Source of the DNA: Mobula hypostoma
Lineage: Eukaryota
Length of the DNA stretch: 60,000 bases
Direction: 5' to 3'
Assembly (NCBI RefSeq): GCF_963921235.1
Contig: NC_086107.1
Location: forward strand, 94,924,001-94,984,000
Shown: piece by piece, positions 25,601-37,500 of the stretch
How positions within the stretch are numbered: position 1 is the stretch's first letter
How the letters are laid out: every line of letters begins with the position of its first letter
Notes under the pieces: generated by a model
What the model was told of the DNA's origin: nothing
Database searches by the model: none
The model's input: only the letters and a program-made list of their open reading frames with translations
Position numbers and translations under genes: made by a program

Positions 25601-26526
25601 CTAAAAGCAATTTTAAAAGGTTTTAATAATCACAACACACATCTGTCCCCACTGTCTCTCCAAAAAAACTCTCTGTTCCTCTGTATCCATGCTTGGGTCA
25701 CACATTCTCCCCTCAACTGTCTCTCTCTCAAAAAAAGAATATGCTCATGTGCGCCTCAAAATGTCTGACCCCGTCACTCCTTCAATAAAATTTCTGTCAC
25801 CTTCTCTCTCACTTTTCCTCTTCCCTTTCCAAAGATCTGTGTAAAGCCCTTAAAGTGAAAAGGTTATAAAGGATTCTACTGGATTCTCAGCAGGGGTTTA
25901 TCAGTGAGCATCCTGTACTTTGGTCTCGTTTAGCAGCAGAAATACTTCCCCTGCACACACTGGTGGAAGCAGCCCGGTCTGTAGTCCTTCTCCACCGAGC
26001 CCTCGCGGTGACTGCACCAAGCTTCAGGGCGTCCCTCAGCACACTCCTCCGCAGGCTAGAATATGCCAGCCAGCAGCTTTCCACCACGGACCTCTCGACG
26101 TGCTGGTAGACCGACAAGTTTCGAAAAAACTCTGATGATCTTCCATGCCTGTCTCGATGTGTGCCCTTGGGAACAGCCCAGGAGATCGGAGAGACCTCTG
26201 ATACACAGCTGCCTGGGCAGAGAGGGGCTGAGTCAGAGGGGGAACACCCCCCCCCCACCAAACAACAGGAGATTTAGTGAGTTGTGGGCATGCTATGTTG
26301 GCGCCAGAGATGTGGCGACACTTGCGGGCTGCCCCTCCAGCACTATTGGTCTTGATCTGCTTTGACCCAAACGACGCATCTCAGTGTCGGCTTCCATGCT
26401 TCAGCGTATGTGTGACAAATAAAACTAATCTTCAATCTTTTCCCAATTTGTGCCCCATTAGACCGCCTCTCCAATGATGTAGTCAAACCTCTCTGGGAGG
26501 CATCTTTTTCCAGAGAGTCTACCTAC

Positions 26527-26635
26527 CTTTCTGTCCGGCATCTCCTTGATGGGTCAGTGCACGTGCATCGGTACAGTGAGTATTGGCCAGCACCCACAAC
26601 AGAAACACGCCGTGCAGGAAGCAGTGGGTGACCAT
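26527..26635 (-). CDS. PRRG2: PRRG2-like coding exon 1 (signal peptide); exon begins at 26671 with 36 nt of 5'UTR
   Basis: Acceptor ttttgttttcgtttctag|; Kozak gccaacATGG at 26635; encodes MVTHCFLHGVFLLWVLANTHCTDARALTHQGDAGQK+G; donor |gtaggt, phase 1, joins the Gla exon to give Val. Confidence 0.88.
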
Positions 26636-26924
26636 GTTGGCTTGACGTGGTACCAAACAGCACAACGCAACCTAGAAACGAAAACAAAATTCAGTCATCC
26701 CCTGTTGGATGCAACTCTTCTCTGTCACTTTTTTAAAGTTGCATTTAGAGACACAGCACAGTAAAAGGCCCTTCCAGCCTAACAAGCCTGTACTGGCCAA
26801 TTACACCATGTGACTGATTAACCCACATCTTTGGAATGTGGGAGGAAACCAGAGCACCCAGAGGAACACACATAAAAGTTGCTGGTGAACGCAGCAGGCC
26901 AGGCAGCATCTCTAGGAAGAGGTG

Positions 26925-26962
26925 CAGTCGACGTTTCAGGCCGAGACCCTTCGTCAGGACTA
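26925..26962 (-). ncRNA. Minimal hammerhead motif (sense in PRRG2 pre-mRNA)
   Basis: tagtc CTGACGA a gggtctcggcct GAAA cgtc gactg; intact core, palindromic ACGT stem III. Confidence 0.75.
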
Positions 26963-27032
26963 ACTGAAGGAAGAGTGAGTAAGGGATTTGAAAGTCGGAG
27001 GAATCAAATCCCTTACTCACTCTTCCTTCAGT

Positions 27033-27070
27033 TAGTCCTGACGAAGGGTCTCGGCCTGAAACGTCGACTG
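27033..27070 (+). ncRNA. Minimal hammerhead motif (opposite arm)
   Basis: tagtc CTGACGA a gggtctcggcct GAAA cgtc gactg, identical to the minus-strand copy. Confidence 0.75.
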
Positions 27071-27416
27071 TACCTCTTCCTAGAGATGCTGCCTGGCCTG
27101 CTGCGTTCACCAGCAACTTTGATGTGTGTTGCTTGAATTTCCAGCATCTGCGGAATTCCTGTTGTGTGCACCCAGAGGAAACCCATGCAGTCATGGGGAG
27201 AATGTGCAAACTCCTTACAGACAGCAGAATTGAATCCGGATCAACTATTACGGTAATAATTTTACCCTAACCACGCCGCACCAAAGTTCCTCTCTCAAAG
27301 TCTGCAAGGTCAACCGATCCCTCCTACCCAAGCTGACCAATCCACACTTCTGTTCTGTGTGTGTTGGGGGGCAAGCTCCTGGCAGCTGTGTAGCCAATTC
27401 TGATTGGATAAATTGT

Positions 27417-28092
27417 GAGAGAAGATGGCGGCGCGACACAGCTCGCAGCGGCCACTGCGGTGGTGTTGTCTGTTATTTGTCAAGTAGGGGGCCGTGCACA
27501 ATCCTGATTTGATGGAGACGGATGTGAGAGCACGGAGGAACATCTGGTGAAACTTCTGAAATGCCTGCTTCGCTGCTGCTGCCACTGTGTGGTCCAGAAT
27601 CTCCGGAGGGGAAGGCCCCGAGTCCTCGGCTTTGCTTGTTGCTCGGCGGCTGGGGCAGGGTCGAAGCGCTCAGCAGAGGATGGTGCTCGGAGAGGCTGTG
27701 TCGGAGGGGCTGGTCAGAGGCTTGAAGTTTTCGGACGGACTCAGAGTCTGCTGCCATCGGGTGCTTCCAACGGTACTGCATCGGCAAGTTCGCAGCGCTT
27801 GGAGGTTCATGGCGGGGAGTGTTTCTCCCTTCTGCCGCCTGCGTGAGATGATGAGTCTATCGGGACCTTGAGACTTTTTTTTTACCGTGCCCATGGTCTG
27901 CTCTTTATCAAATTATGGTATTGCTTTGCACTGTGTAACTATATGTTATAATTATGTGGTTTTGTCAGTTTTAGTCTTGGTTTGTCCTGTGTTTTCTTGT
28001 GATATCATTCTGGAGGAATGTTGTATCATTTTTTAATTCATGCATATCTAAATGACAATCAATGAGGACTGAGTGTCCTCATAATCTAAATT
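27417..28092 (+). mobile_element. Non-coding LINE-derived element with CpG-rich head (AAGATGGCGGCG) and (taatc)-type tail; 3' piece also at ~21315-21400 minus
   Basis: Tail gaggactg(a/c)gtgtcctcataatctaaat shared with the reverse complement of 21315-21400; no RT coding capacity seen. Confidence 0.6.
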
Positions 28093-28875
28093 AAATCCTG
28101 TAAGTTCCAACCTGTCACCTTCTATCCATCCTCCCATGTGACAGCGGGAGAGGGGAGAGCACTTCTCAGCGAACGCAAGATTGAAAGGCCTAGATAGAGT
28201 GGATGCACAGAAGATGATTCCAACAGGGAAAGAATTTAGGACCAGAGGGCACAGCTTCAGAACACAAGGACGTCCCTTTAGAACAGAGATGAGGAGGAGT
28301 TTCTTCAGTCAGCGGGTGGCAAATCTGAGGAATTCACCGCCACAGACAGTGGCGTGACGCCAAGTGACGTGGAGGCTACGTCACTTGAAATATTTAAAGT
28401 GCAAGTTGATGGGTTCTTCATTAGTAAAGGTAAAGGTTATGAGATGTAGGCAGCATAATGGGATTAAGAGGGAAAAATAAATCGGCCATGATTGAACGGT
28501 GTAGCAGACTTGATGAGCCAAGTGGCCTCTAATTCTGCTCCTGTGTCTTATGGTCTGATGTAACAGAGAGGAATAACACAATCTCATTTCTAGCCCTGAA
28601 GAAGGATCTTGGCCCAAAATGTCGACCGTTTTTATATTTTATCTAGAGATACAGCATGGCAACAGGCCCTGCTGGCCCAGTAAGTCTGTGCCCAATTGCA
28701 CCCACTGACCAATTAACCTACTTACCTGTACGTTGCTGCAAAGTGGGAGGAAACCGGAGCAGTTGGAGGAAACCCTCAGGGAGAATGTAGGGAGTCACTT
28801 CCTTCTGGGATAATGCTCTGTGCTTCCATTATTGCCTTCGATGGATGCTGCTCGACTTTCTGAGTTCCTCTATTG

Positions 28876-29763
28876 CAACACCTCTTTGCACCACAGACCG
28901 ATTTAATATTGACAATATTCTTGCAGACCGGCCGACTGCGGGGAGGGGGTGTTAATCACAACCGGAATATAGGTGATAAGTCAACTATAAGTCACTTATA
29001 AGTGGCTAATACACTCAATTTTGTTTCTAAAATGGTTTATCTAACAAATTTAATATTAAACACACAGTGCATGAATATAGTGATAAGTCAATTATAAGTC
29101 AATAGCATCATAACATTTTAAGTAACGTTTGGATATTACACATAGAGCACATATTTTCCCCGTATGAACATATAAAATCATTGCAACACAGCAATATCGC
29201 TGAATCAGTGGGAGCCCTGGGCTTGTTTCCCTGCAAAGAGATGGTCCCATCGAGAGGTGATAGGAGACAGCGATACTCGAATGGGTTCCTTATGTCCAGT
29301 CTATTCCGCAATTTAGTTTTCGTTGCATTCATTGCAGAAAACCCCACTTCGCAGAGATATGATGTTGGAAATGGAAGCAACGTTTTCAGTGCTTTCGTGG
29401 CCATATTTTATGTACAACTCGTCGTATTTTCTGTCGAAGGACGCTTTCTTTTTTTTTTAAAACAGTCGCAGCCTCAGCTGTCTCTGCGCTATCATCATCA
29501 TTAGGCCTTTTAAGTCCCCTACCACCTCTTCCAAAGAAACTCTCAAGCGATGTTTGTTTTTTCCTCATCGAGTAGCTGTAGGTTAATGACCAACTGATGA
29601 CCTTGTGTGAGTAATAACCTCGCGTGCGTTCAAGTTCAACAGTGGGCGTGACAGGGAATGAGGAAAGGTGCGGCTGACTCATATCGTTTCATATCGCCAA
29701 ATCATATCGTTTCGTCACGGCCTGGTAACCCATGCTTTGCGGCCCAGTGGTTGGGGACCGCTG
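28876..29763 (-). mobile_element. Internally deleted hAT (Buster/Charlie-type) transposon
   Basis: Perfect 8-bp TSD ctctattg (28868-28875, 29764-29771) with central TA; end tggttggggaccgctg; hAT dimerisation peptide KALKTLLPFPTSYLCEVGFSAM..TKTKLRNRLD and N-terminal MRKKQTSLESFF. Confidence 0.92.
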
Positions 29764-30478
29764 CTCTATTGTGTCTTATGCCTCTGTTACCCATTTCTAG
29801 GGCTTCCTGGTCAAGCTCAGAGACCCGCGACACTTTACAGCTCGTGGTGATATTGGTGTAATTATGGTTATAATAGAACCGGGACAGGAAGATCACAGAC
29901 ACAGCACCAGATGATAGGACTAGGACTGCCAGACTGGGTAACAGCTTCTTCCCTCAGGCAGAGAATAATGAATACCCTGCCACCACCGAGATCTCAGCAT
30001 CAGGACAGCGCACTAATGCAGTTTGAATTATATTTTATTAACTTACTTGTGGTAATATTTTGTTTTATGCGCTGTGTGTGATACATGTTGTGTATGATAT
30101 ATGCTTTATAGGTGCTCCATAATCCGGATGAACCTTGCTTCGTTTAGTTCCACACATGTACAGTCAGATGAATAAACTTGAACTTTACATCAAGTTATTT
30201 TTTTAATTTATTTAGAGATGTGTCACAGTAACAGGTCCTTCAGCCCAATGATCCTGTGCTGCCCAATTGCACCCATGTGACCAACTAACCCCGACATCTT
30301 TGGACTGCAGGAGGAAACCCACACGGTCACGGGGAGAAGGTACAAACTCCTTACTGGCAGTGGTGGGAATTGAACCCAAGCCGCTGGCGTTGTACAGCAT
30401 TATGCTAACCACTACGCTACCGCGCCAAGGGATGTCAAAATAGACAAGAGAAAATCTGCAGAAGCTGGAAATCCAAGC

Positions 30479-30508
<30 letters not shown>
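30479..30508. repeat. (CA)n microsatellite grown from a Penelope tail
   Basis: Direct reading; replaces the usual short acacacaaaa of the tail. Confidence 0.95.
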
Positions 30509-30510
<2 letters not shown>

Positions 30511-30562
30511 TTGCTAGAGGAACTCAGCAGGCCAGGCAGCATCTATGAAAAAGACTACAGTC

Positions 30563-30870
30563 AGGGCCGGCTGGTGGCACAACGACATCGTTGCCGGACC
30601 CGGGAGCGGAGGCTCCTGGGTTCGAAACTAGTTGGGTCCGCCCCCAAGTACGTTTTCCATCCGTGCCGGGTTGAGTGTCAGGAATGCAACTCGACCTCAT
30701 AAAACACAGGGAAATTACTGCAAAAAATGTCTGTGTGAGGAGTGAGCCACACCGTCTCTCTCTCTTGCTCTGTGCCTTGTAAAAGCCATGAAAAAGACAT
30801 CATCACGGACGCACGCACGGACACGCAGACACACACACAGACGCGCACGCACACGCCAAAAAAAAGAAAA
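30563..30870 (+). mobile_element. tRNA-derived SINE, same family as 34212-34516 (partial relative at ~47445-47600)
   Basis: Colinear with 34212-34516; flanked by aaagactacagtc / aaatagtacagtc (diverged TSD). Confidence 0.85.
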
Positions 30871-32374
30871 ATAGTACAGTCCACGTTTCGACCCAGACCC
30901 TTCATCAGGACTGGAGGGGGAGAAAAAAAAAATGAGCAGTCAGAGTGAGAAAGTGGGGGAAGACAGGTGAAACCGGGAGGGGTGAAGTAAAGAGCTAGAA
31001 AGTTGATCGGTGAAAGAGATACAGGAGGGGGAATCTGATAGGAGAGGACAGAAGGCCATGGAAGAAAGAAAAGGGGCAAGTAAGGAGATGAGGTGAGAGG
31101 GGGAAATGGGAATGGGGAACAGTGAAGGGGGGGTATTACTGTAAGTTCGAGAAATTGTTGTTCGGGCAATCAGGTTGGAGGCTATCCAGATGGAATAGGT
31201 GTTGTTCCTCCAACCTGAGTGTGTTCTCATCACAACAGGAGGCCATGGACTGATATGTTGGAATGGGAATGGGAAGTGGAATTAAAATGGGTGGCCACGG
31301 GGAGATCCCGCATTTTCTGACAGATAGAGTGGAAATGTTCGGTGAAACAGTCTCTCCCGGTCTATATAGGGTCTCATCAATATACAGGAGGCCTCACCGG
31401 AAGCACCCGATACAGTAGATGACCCCAACAGACTCACAGGTGAAGTGTCGCCTCACCTGGAGGGACTGTTTAGGGCCCTGAATGGTAGTGAGGGAGGAGG
31501 TGTGGCACTTGTTCCGCTTGCAAGGAGAAGTGCCAGGAGGGAGATCAGTAGGGAGGGACGGATAGACAAGGGAATTGCGCAGGAAAGCAGAAAGTGGAGG
31601 GAGGGAAAGACGTGCTTGGTGGTGAGATCCTGTTGGAGTTGGGATAGGCTTGGTTTAATCTGGCATCATGCCAGACACCGGGGATCAAAGGGCTTGTTTC
31701 CGAGCGGCAGTATTCTACGTTCTTTGAAGCACAGGAAGCTGCAAAAGAGGAGCAAACTTAGAATTATCTTCGCCAGTGATAAATTACAGCACAAGACACA
31801 AGAGCTTAATGGGCTCCCCGAACAGCCGGATCTCTGTTGAGACTTCCTTCACTGATACACACTTAGTGGAATCTAATAGCGGGACCACAGATACAGAATT
31901 AAAATTGAAATACACCACCACTTCCTTCCTACCATACCAGCACACTCGCTCTGGAGGCCTGCAAACCATTCGCTCACTCCTTTTGCCGCACACTGCACAG
32001 TTACACGGAAACTTCTGCCCGGGGTTCCACTCTTAACGCCACATGAAACTGGTGCCCATGTTGCCAACATAAAACGTGGGACTGCCCCACCTCAGGATTC
32101 GCATTGCTCTTTCGAGGGATGGTGAACATCACTGTCAAAGCCAGCGTTTATCACCCGCCTCTCATCATCTTTGAGAAAAGGTGTGGGTGGGGGTGGGGGG
32201 AGGGAGGTGTGTGAACGGCCTACCTGAACCATCTGGTGATGGATGAAACTGTCTGGTGACCTTGAATGATGATGAAACCAGGATGACGCGGGACTCAGGT
32301 ATGGATCAGGGTGGGGGAGGGGAGAAACATCTCAAATTCAGTAACAAAACACGGAAACGTATTAAAACAAAAAG

Positions 32375-32960
32375 ACAATGCTGAAGCTTTATAAGACACT
32401 AGTCAGGCCACACTTGGAGTATTATCAATTGGGCCCCATATCTCAGAAAGGGTGTGCTGTCATCAGAGAGAGTCCAAAGGAGGTTCTTGAAGATGATTCT
32501 GGGAATAAAGGGGTTAACATATGAGCAGCATTTGTCAGCTTTGGGCCTGTACTCTCTGGAATTTAGAAGAATGCGTGGGGATCTCATTGAAACCTACCGA
32601 ATGTTGAAAGGACTTAGATAAGGAGGGTGTGGAGAGGGTGTTTCCTCTGGTGGGGGTATCTAGAACTAGAGTGCACAGCCTCAAAATTGAGGGGCGACCT
32701 TTTTGAACAGAAATAAGGAGGATTTTTTTTAGCCAAAGAGTGGTGAATCTGTGGATTGCCTTGCAACAGACTGCATCTGAGGCCAAGTCTGTGGGTATAT
32801 TCAAAGTGAAGGTTGAAAGTTTCCCGATTGGTCGGGCATAAAAAGGATATGGTGAGAGGGCAGGTGCATGATGTGGAGTGGGATCCGGGATCAGCCATGA
32901 TGGAATAGTAGAGAAGATTCGACAGGCTGAATGGCCTAATTCTGCTCCTATGCCTTACGG
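32375..32960 (+). mobile_element. CR1 3' fragment
   Basis: atgctgaagctttataagacactagtcaggccacacttggagta...tggcctaattctgctccta, same as other CR1 3' ends in the window. Confidence 0.85.
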
Positions 32961-33294
32961 AGGGGCTGCCAGGATTCTGACAAAAATGTTGTTACACGCT
33001 CACTGGCTGCTTAAGCAGTCACAGGTCCAAGGGTTAAGCCAGACAGACCATCAACATCTCAACCAACTTCCTGACTCCTACAGAAAAGGCATCCACAAGC
33101 TGGAGAAGGCGCAGGTGAGATTTGAGAGCCTATTTCTAGAAGAGGGTGGCTATGCTAGATCTTTATTCCCTGAAGCTTGGGAGATAGAGGGGTCACCTCA
33201 CAGAAGTTTACATACCCATGAGGGGTCTGGATAAAGCGGACAGTCATAGTCTTTTCCCCAGGGTTGGTGAGTTCAAAATTAGAGAGCCCAAACA

Positions 33295-34030
33295 AAAGGG
33301 AAAATTGCAAAACGTGAAAAACTAAACATTCATAAACTAAAATATCAGCTGTTCAAAAGTATTCATCCCTCAGTTTGCTCAGTACTTAGTTGCACCACCT
33401 CTCGCAGCAGCTATTACAGCAGTGGTCTTTTTGAATAAGTCCGTTATTGTTGCACAACATGATGGAGCGAGATTTGCCCATTCTTCCTTGCAAAATTGCT
33501 CAAGCTGTGCCAGGTTAGTTGGGGAGCGGCAGTGGACAGCAATCTTGAGGTCTTGACAGAGATGTTCGATTGAGTTAATGTCAGGACTCTGACTGGGCCA
33601 CTCAAGTACCCTCTGGCGATGTGCTTTGCGTCATTGTCCTGCTGAAAGACAAACTTCCTTGCCAGTTTAAGCTTTGTGGCAGAGGCCAACAGGTTTTTAT
33701 CCGGGATCTCTCTGTATTTAGCAGCATTCATCTTCCCATCAATCCTGACTAGATTTCCAGTCCCTGCTGCCAAAAGCATCCCCATAGAATGATGCTACCT
33801 CACCATACTTTACAGTAGGGATGGTGTTACCTGGCTGATGAGCAGTATTAGATTTACACCACATGTACCACTAAAAAACAAAACATCCTTGAGCAGAAAG
33901 ACTTTGCAAAGCATCACAAAGACAATGAAAAGATGTGAAAGAAGCTCTTGTGGTCGAATGAGTCTAAAATGGAATTTTTTGGCCTCAATGCTAAGCAGTA
34001 AGTGTGGCATAAATCTAATACACTGTGCAT
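33295..34030 (-). mobile_element. Tc1 relic (DDE region) with an inverted internal piece
   Basis: AAGTGNLVRIDGKMNAAKYREI..NLL.SA.KLKL.RKFVFQQDNDAKH (ORF 33444-33785); segment ~33890-34025 carries the preceding transposase part on the plus strand. Confidence 0.88.
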
Positions 34031-34211
34031 TAGCTGGGCTGGGGGCTGGATACTTCAAGGCACTGTGCATCAGTCAGGGGTTCCAGATTAGGAGGAAGTA
34101 CATCATGTTGCAATTATATATGTCACTAGCGAGACTGCACTAGTAGTATTGTGTACAGTTTTGGTCACCTTGTTATAGGAAGACACTGTCAAGCTGAAGA
34201 GGTGCCCTAGA

Positions 34212-34516
34212 GGGCCGACTGGTGGCGCAATGACATCAGCGCCGGACCCAGGAGCGGAGGTTCCCGGGTTCGAAACCAATTGGGTCTGCTCCTGAGTACA
34301 CTTTCCATCCGTGCCAGGTTGAGTGTCAAGATCGCAACTCGACCTCGTAAAACAAAGGGAAAACTACTGCGAAAATGTCCGTGTGAGGAGGGGCTCGTCA
34401 CACGGTCTCCCTTTCGCTCCGCGCCTTGTGAAAAGCATGAAAAAGGCATCATCACGGATGCACGCACGCGTATGCAGACGCACCGACTCGCACGCACACA
34501 GGCACACGCCAAAAAA
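34212..34516 (+). mobile_element. tRNA-derived SINE with A-tail and TSD
   Basis: A box tggcgcaatg, B box ggttcgaaacc, (CA/CG)-rich end and oligo-A; TSD aagaggtgccctaga at 34197-34211 and 34517-34531; inserted in a CR1 fragment. Confidence 0.9.
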
Positions 34517-37500
34517 AAGAGGTGCCCTAGAGGTGTGAACATGCTTCTTGGGCTAAAGGTCCTGAGTTATAGGAGAGGCTGACCATGCTGGGTCTTCATT
34601 TCTTGGAGAACGGGAGGTTATCTCATTGAAGTTCATAAAACCATGAAGGGTCTGGATGGGGTAGTCTTCTCCCCCCCGCCCCCAGAGCTGCCCGCAGGAC
34701 AGTCTGATTCCCCCCCAGGGTTGGGCAATCCAAAACTAGAGAGCATAAGTACGAGATAAGAGGGAAGAGATTGAAAAGAGACCAGGTAATTCCTCTCACA
34801 GAGGACCTGGATCGAGTTGCCAGACAACGTGGTCGAGGTGGGTACAACTGTGACATTTAAGAAGCAGTTGGACAGGTGCATGAAGGAGAGGAGTTTGGAG
34901 GGTTACAGGCCAAACGAGGGTGACCTGGACCAGCAGGGAGGATGCTGTGGTCGGCACAGACCAGGGCCTGTTTCCATTCCGTAATACTCTAAAGTTAGGC
35001 TTTGCAAGAAATTTGAACTCAAGAAGTTGCAAACAGTGTGATGTGGCTAATCAGTAAACCGACAGGATGTTGGTTGCAACACCAAAACGTAAAAAATGAT
35101 TTCAGAGCTCATAACAATCAACCTGGGGATCTCCTGTGCAAGGAGACAGCTTCTAGTTTGTGCTGAATGAGAAAGAAACCTCAGATTTACAACACACATC
35201 ACGTGACGTCAAGGCAGCCCAGAGTATTTTTGACATTTGGCCACGCTTGTACAGGAGAAAAGGAGACGAACAAACGCCCTCAAGTGACAGTGACTGTCGG
35301 GTAAAACATTGCCTTTGCCACAGTAACTCACCAGTTCTATTAAACAGCATTCAGATGGGGTGTAGGGTCAACGTCTCCACTGAAGGACAACTCTTCAAAT
35401 ACTTGCTCAGCGGCCCCCCCCCCACCCCCAAGCGGTGATCTAGACTTTGTGCTCAAGTCTCTGGAGTGGGACTTCAGTCGAGGAGCTGCTGACTCAGGAA
35501 ATGCCGGAACTCACTGAGTCATCCATTAGCTACCAAGAAAGACTCCAGACCAACAGTAACCCTTTATTGCTGAAGGGCTGACAACAGGTCAAAAGGGTGC
35601 CTTAAAGGAACACTACCCATAAACTGGAGACACAAGGGACTGCTGATCGAAACACACAAAAAGCTGGAGGAACTCAGCAGGTTAGACAGCATCTACGGAG
35701 GAGAATAAGTGACATTTTTGGCTGAGACACTTCATCAGAACTGGAAAGGAAAGGGCGGAAGCCAATATAAGAATGTTGCTCCAATCTGATAACGTAAACA
35801 TCAATTTCTCTAACTTATAGTAATTTATAGCTTCTCCATCTTTCTCTTTTTCCATTCCTCATTCTTGTTAAGACATGACACAAAACAAAAGAATGATTCT
35901 TGCTCCCACCTCTTCTCCTCGCTGCTCATCACCTTCCCCCGGTGCCCCTCCTCCTTCCCTTTCTTCCATGGTCCACTCTCCTCTCCTATCAGAATCCTTC
36001 TTCTTCAACCCTTTCCCTCTTCCACCTATCACCTCCCAGCTTCTTATTTCATCCTCCCACCCCACCCACCTTTCCCCTCACCATCATCTGCCAGCTTGAC
36101 CTCTTTCCCACCTTCTTATTCCGTCTTCTGCCCCCTTGCTTTCTAGTCGTGCTGAAGAGTCTCTGCCTGATATGCCAGCTGTTTATTCCCCATCCTAGTT
36201 GCTGCCTGACCTGCTAAGTTACGAGACCATGACCGCAAGGCAAAGGAGCAGATTTAGGCCACTTGGCCCATCAGGTCTGCTCCACCATGCCATCATCGCT
36301 GACTTACTATCCTTCCTGCATTCTCTGCATTCCTACAACGCCTGCATTCTCCCCATAACCTTTGACACCCTGACTAAGTAAGAACCTATTAATCTCTGCT
36401 TTAAACATACCCAACAACTTGACCCCCACAGCCGTCTGCGGCAATGAATTCCACAGATTCACCACCCTCTGTCTAAAGAGATTCCTCTGCATATCTGCTC
36501 TATATGATGTCTCCCTATTTCGAGGCTGTGCCCTCTGGACTTAAGACTCACCAAACATCCTCCCCACATCCACCCTATCGAATACTGAAAGGCCGAGATG
36601 ACTGTGAATAAGATCATTCCTCATCCTTCTGAACTCCACCGAGAACAAGTCCAGAACCACCAAATGCTCCTTGTATGTTAGCCCTTTCACTCCCAGAATC
36701 ATTCTCATGAACCTCATCTGCACCCATACCAATGTCAGCACTTCTTTTCTTAGATAATGGGCCCAAAACTGCTCACAATACTCCAAGAATGGTCTGACCA
36801 GTGCCTTATAAAGCCTCAGCATTACATCCTTGCTTTTATATTCTGATCCTCTCAAAATGAATGCTAACATTGTATTTGCCTTCCTTAACTCCAACTAAAC
36901 CCGCAAGGCAATATTTAGGGAATCCAGTACAAAGTATCCCAAGACCCTTTGAACCTCTGATTTTTTAATTTCCTTCAATCTCTTCAGCTACCTCTTTCAG
37001 AGCCCTGAGGTGTAGTCCATCTGGTCCGCATGATTTGTCTACCTTCTGATCTTTCAGCTTCTCAAGCACCTACTCCTTAGTAATATCAACTGCACTCAGT
37101 TCTGCCCCCCAACACTCTTGAACTTCTGGCATACCCCTATTTCCTTCCCCAGTGAAGACTGATGCAAAATACTCAACAACTTCATCTGCCATTTCTTTGT
37201 CCCCATTACTACCTCTCCAGTGTCACTTTTCAGCAGTCAGATATCCACTCTCATCTCTTTTACTCTTTATAGATCTGAAAAAATCTTTCGATATCCTCCA
37301 TTATATTATTGGTTAGCTTACCTTCATATTTAATATTTTCTTTCCTATAGTGACAATTTTTGTTGCTTTCTATTGATTTTTAAACTTCCCAATCCTCTAA
37401 CTTCCCACTAATTTTTGCTATATTATGTGTCCTCTCTTTTGGTTTTATGCTGTCTTTAACTTCCCTCGTCAGCCACGGTTGCCTCCGCCTCCTCCCTTTA

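Larger units (their letters stand above)
26867..27167. mobile_element. Palindromic Penelope-derived insert with two opposed hammerhead motifs
   Basis: 127-bp inverted arms (26865-26991, 27004-27130; 2 mismatches, 12-nt spacer); 13-bp TSD gcacccagaggaa (26854-26866, 27168-27180); sits inside a V-SINE-like copy. Confidence 0.9.
30444..31640 (-). mobile_element. Penelope-like element 3' part with GIY-YIG endonuclease relic, interrupted by a SINE
   Basis: Minus strand near 31370-31440 reads CESVGVIYCIGCFR*GLLYIDET (GIY..YIG); downstream RLEEQHL.F.L..LQP remnant, pyrimidine-rich UTR and hammerhead-like tail (30877-30913). Confidence 0.85.

Noticed and set aside
34212..34285. tRNA genes (also ~30563 and ~47445)
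   Set aside because: A/B boxes lead into a shared SINE body with A-tail and TSD; no convincing cloverleaf.
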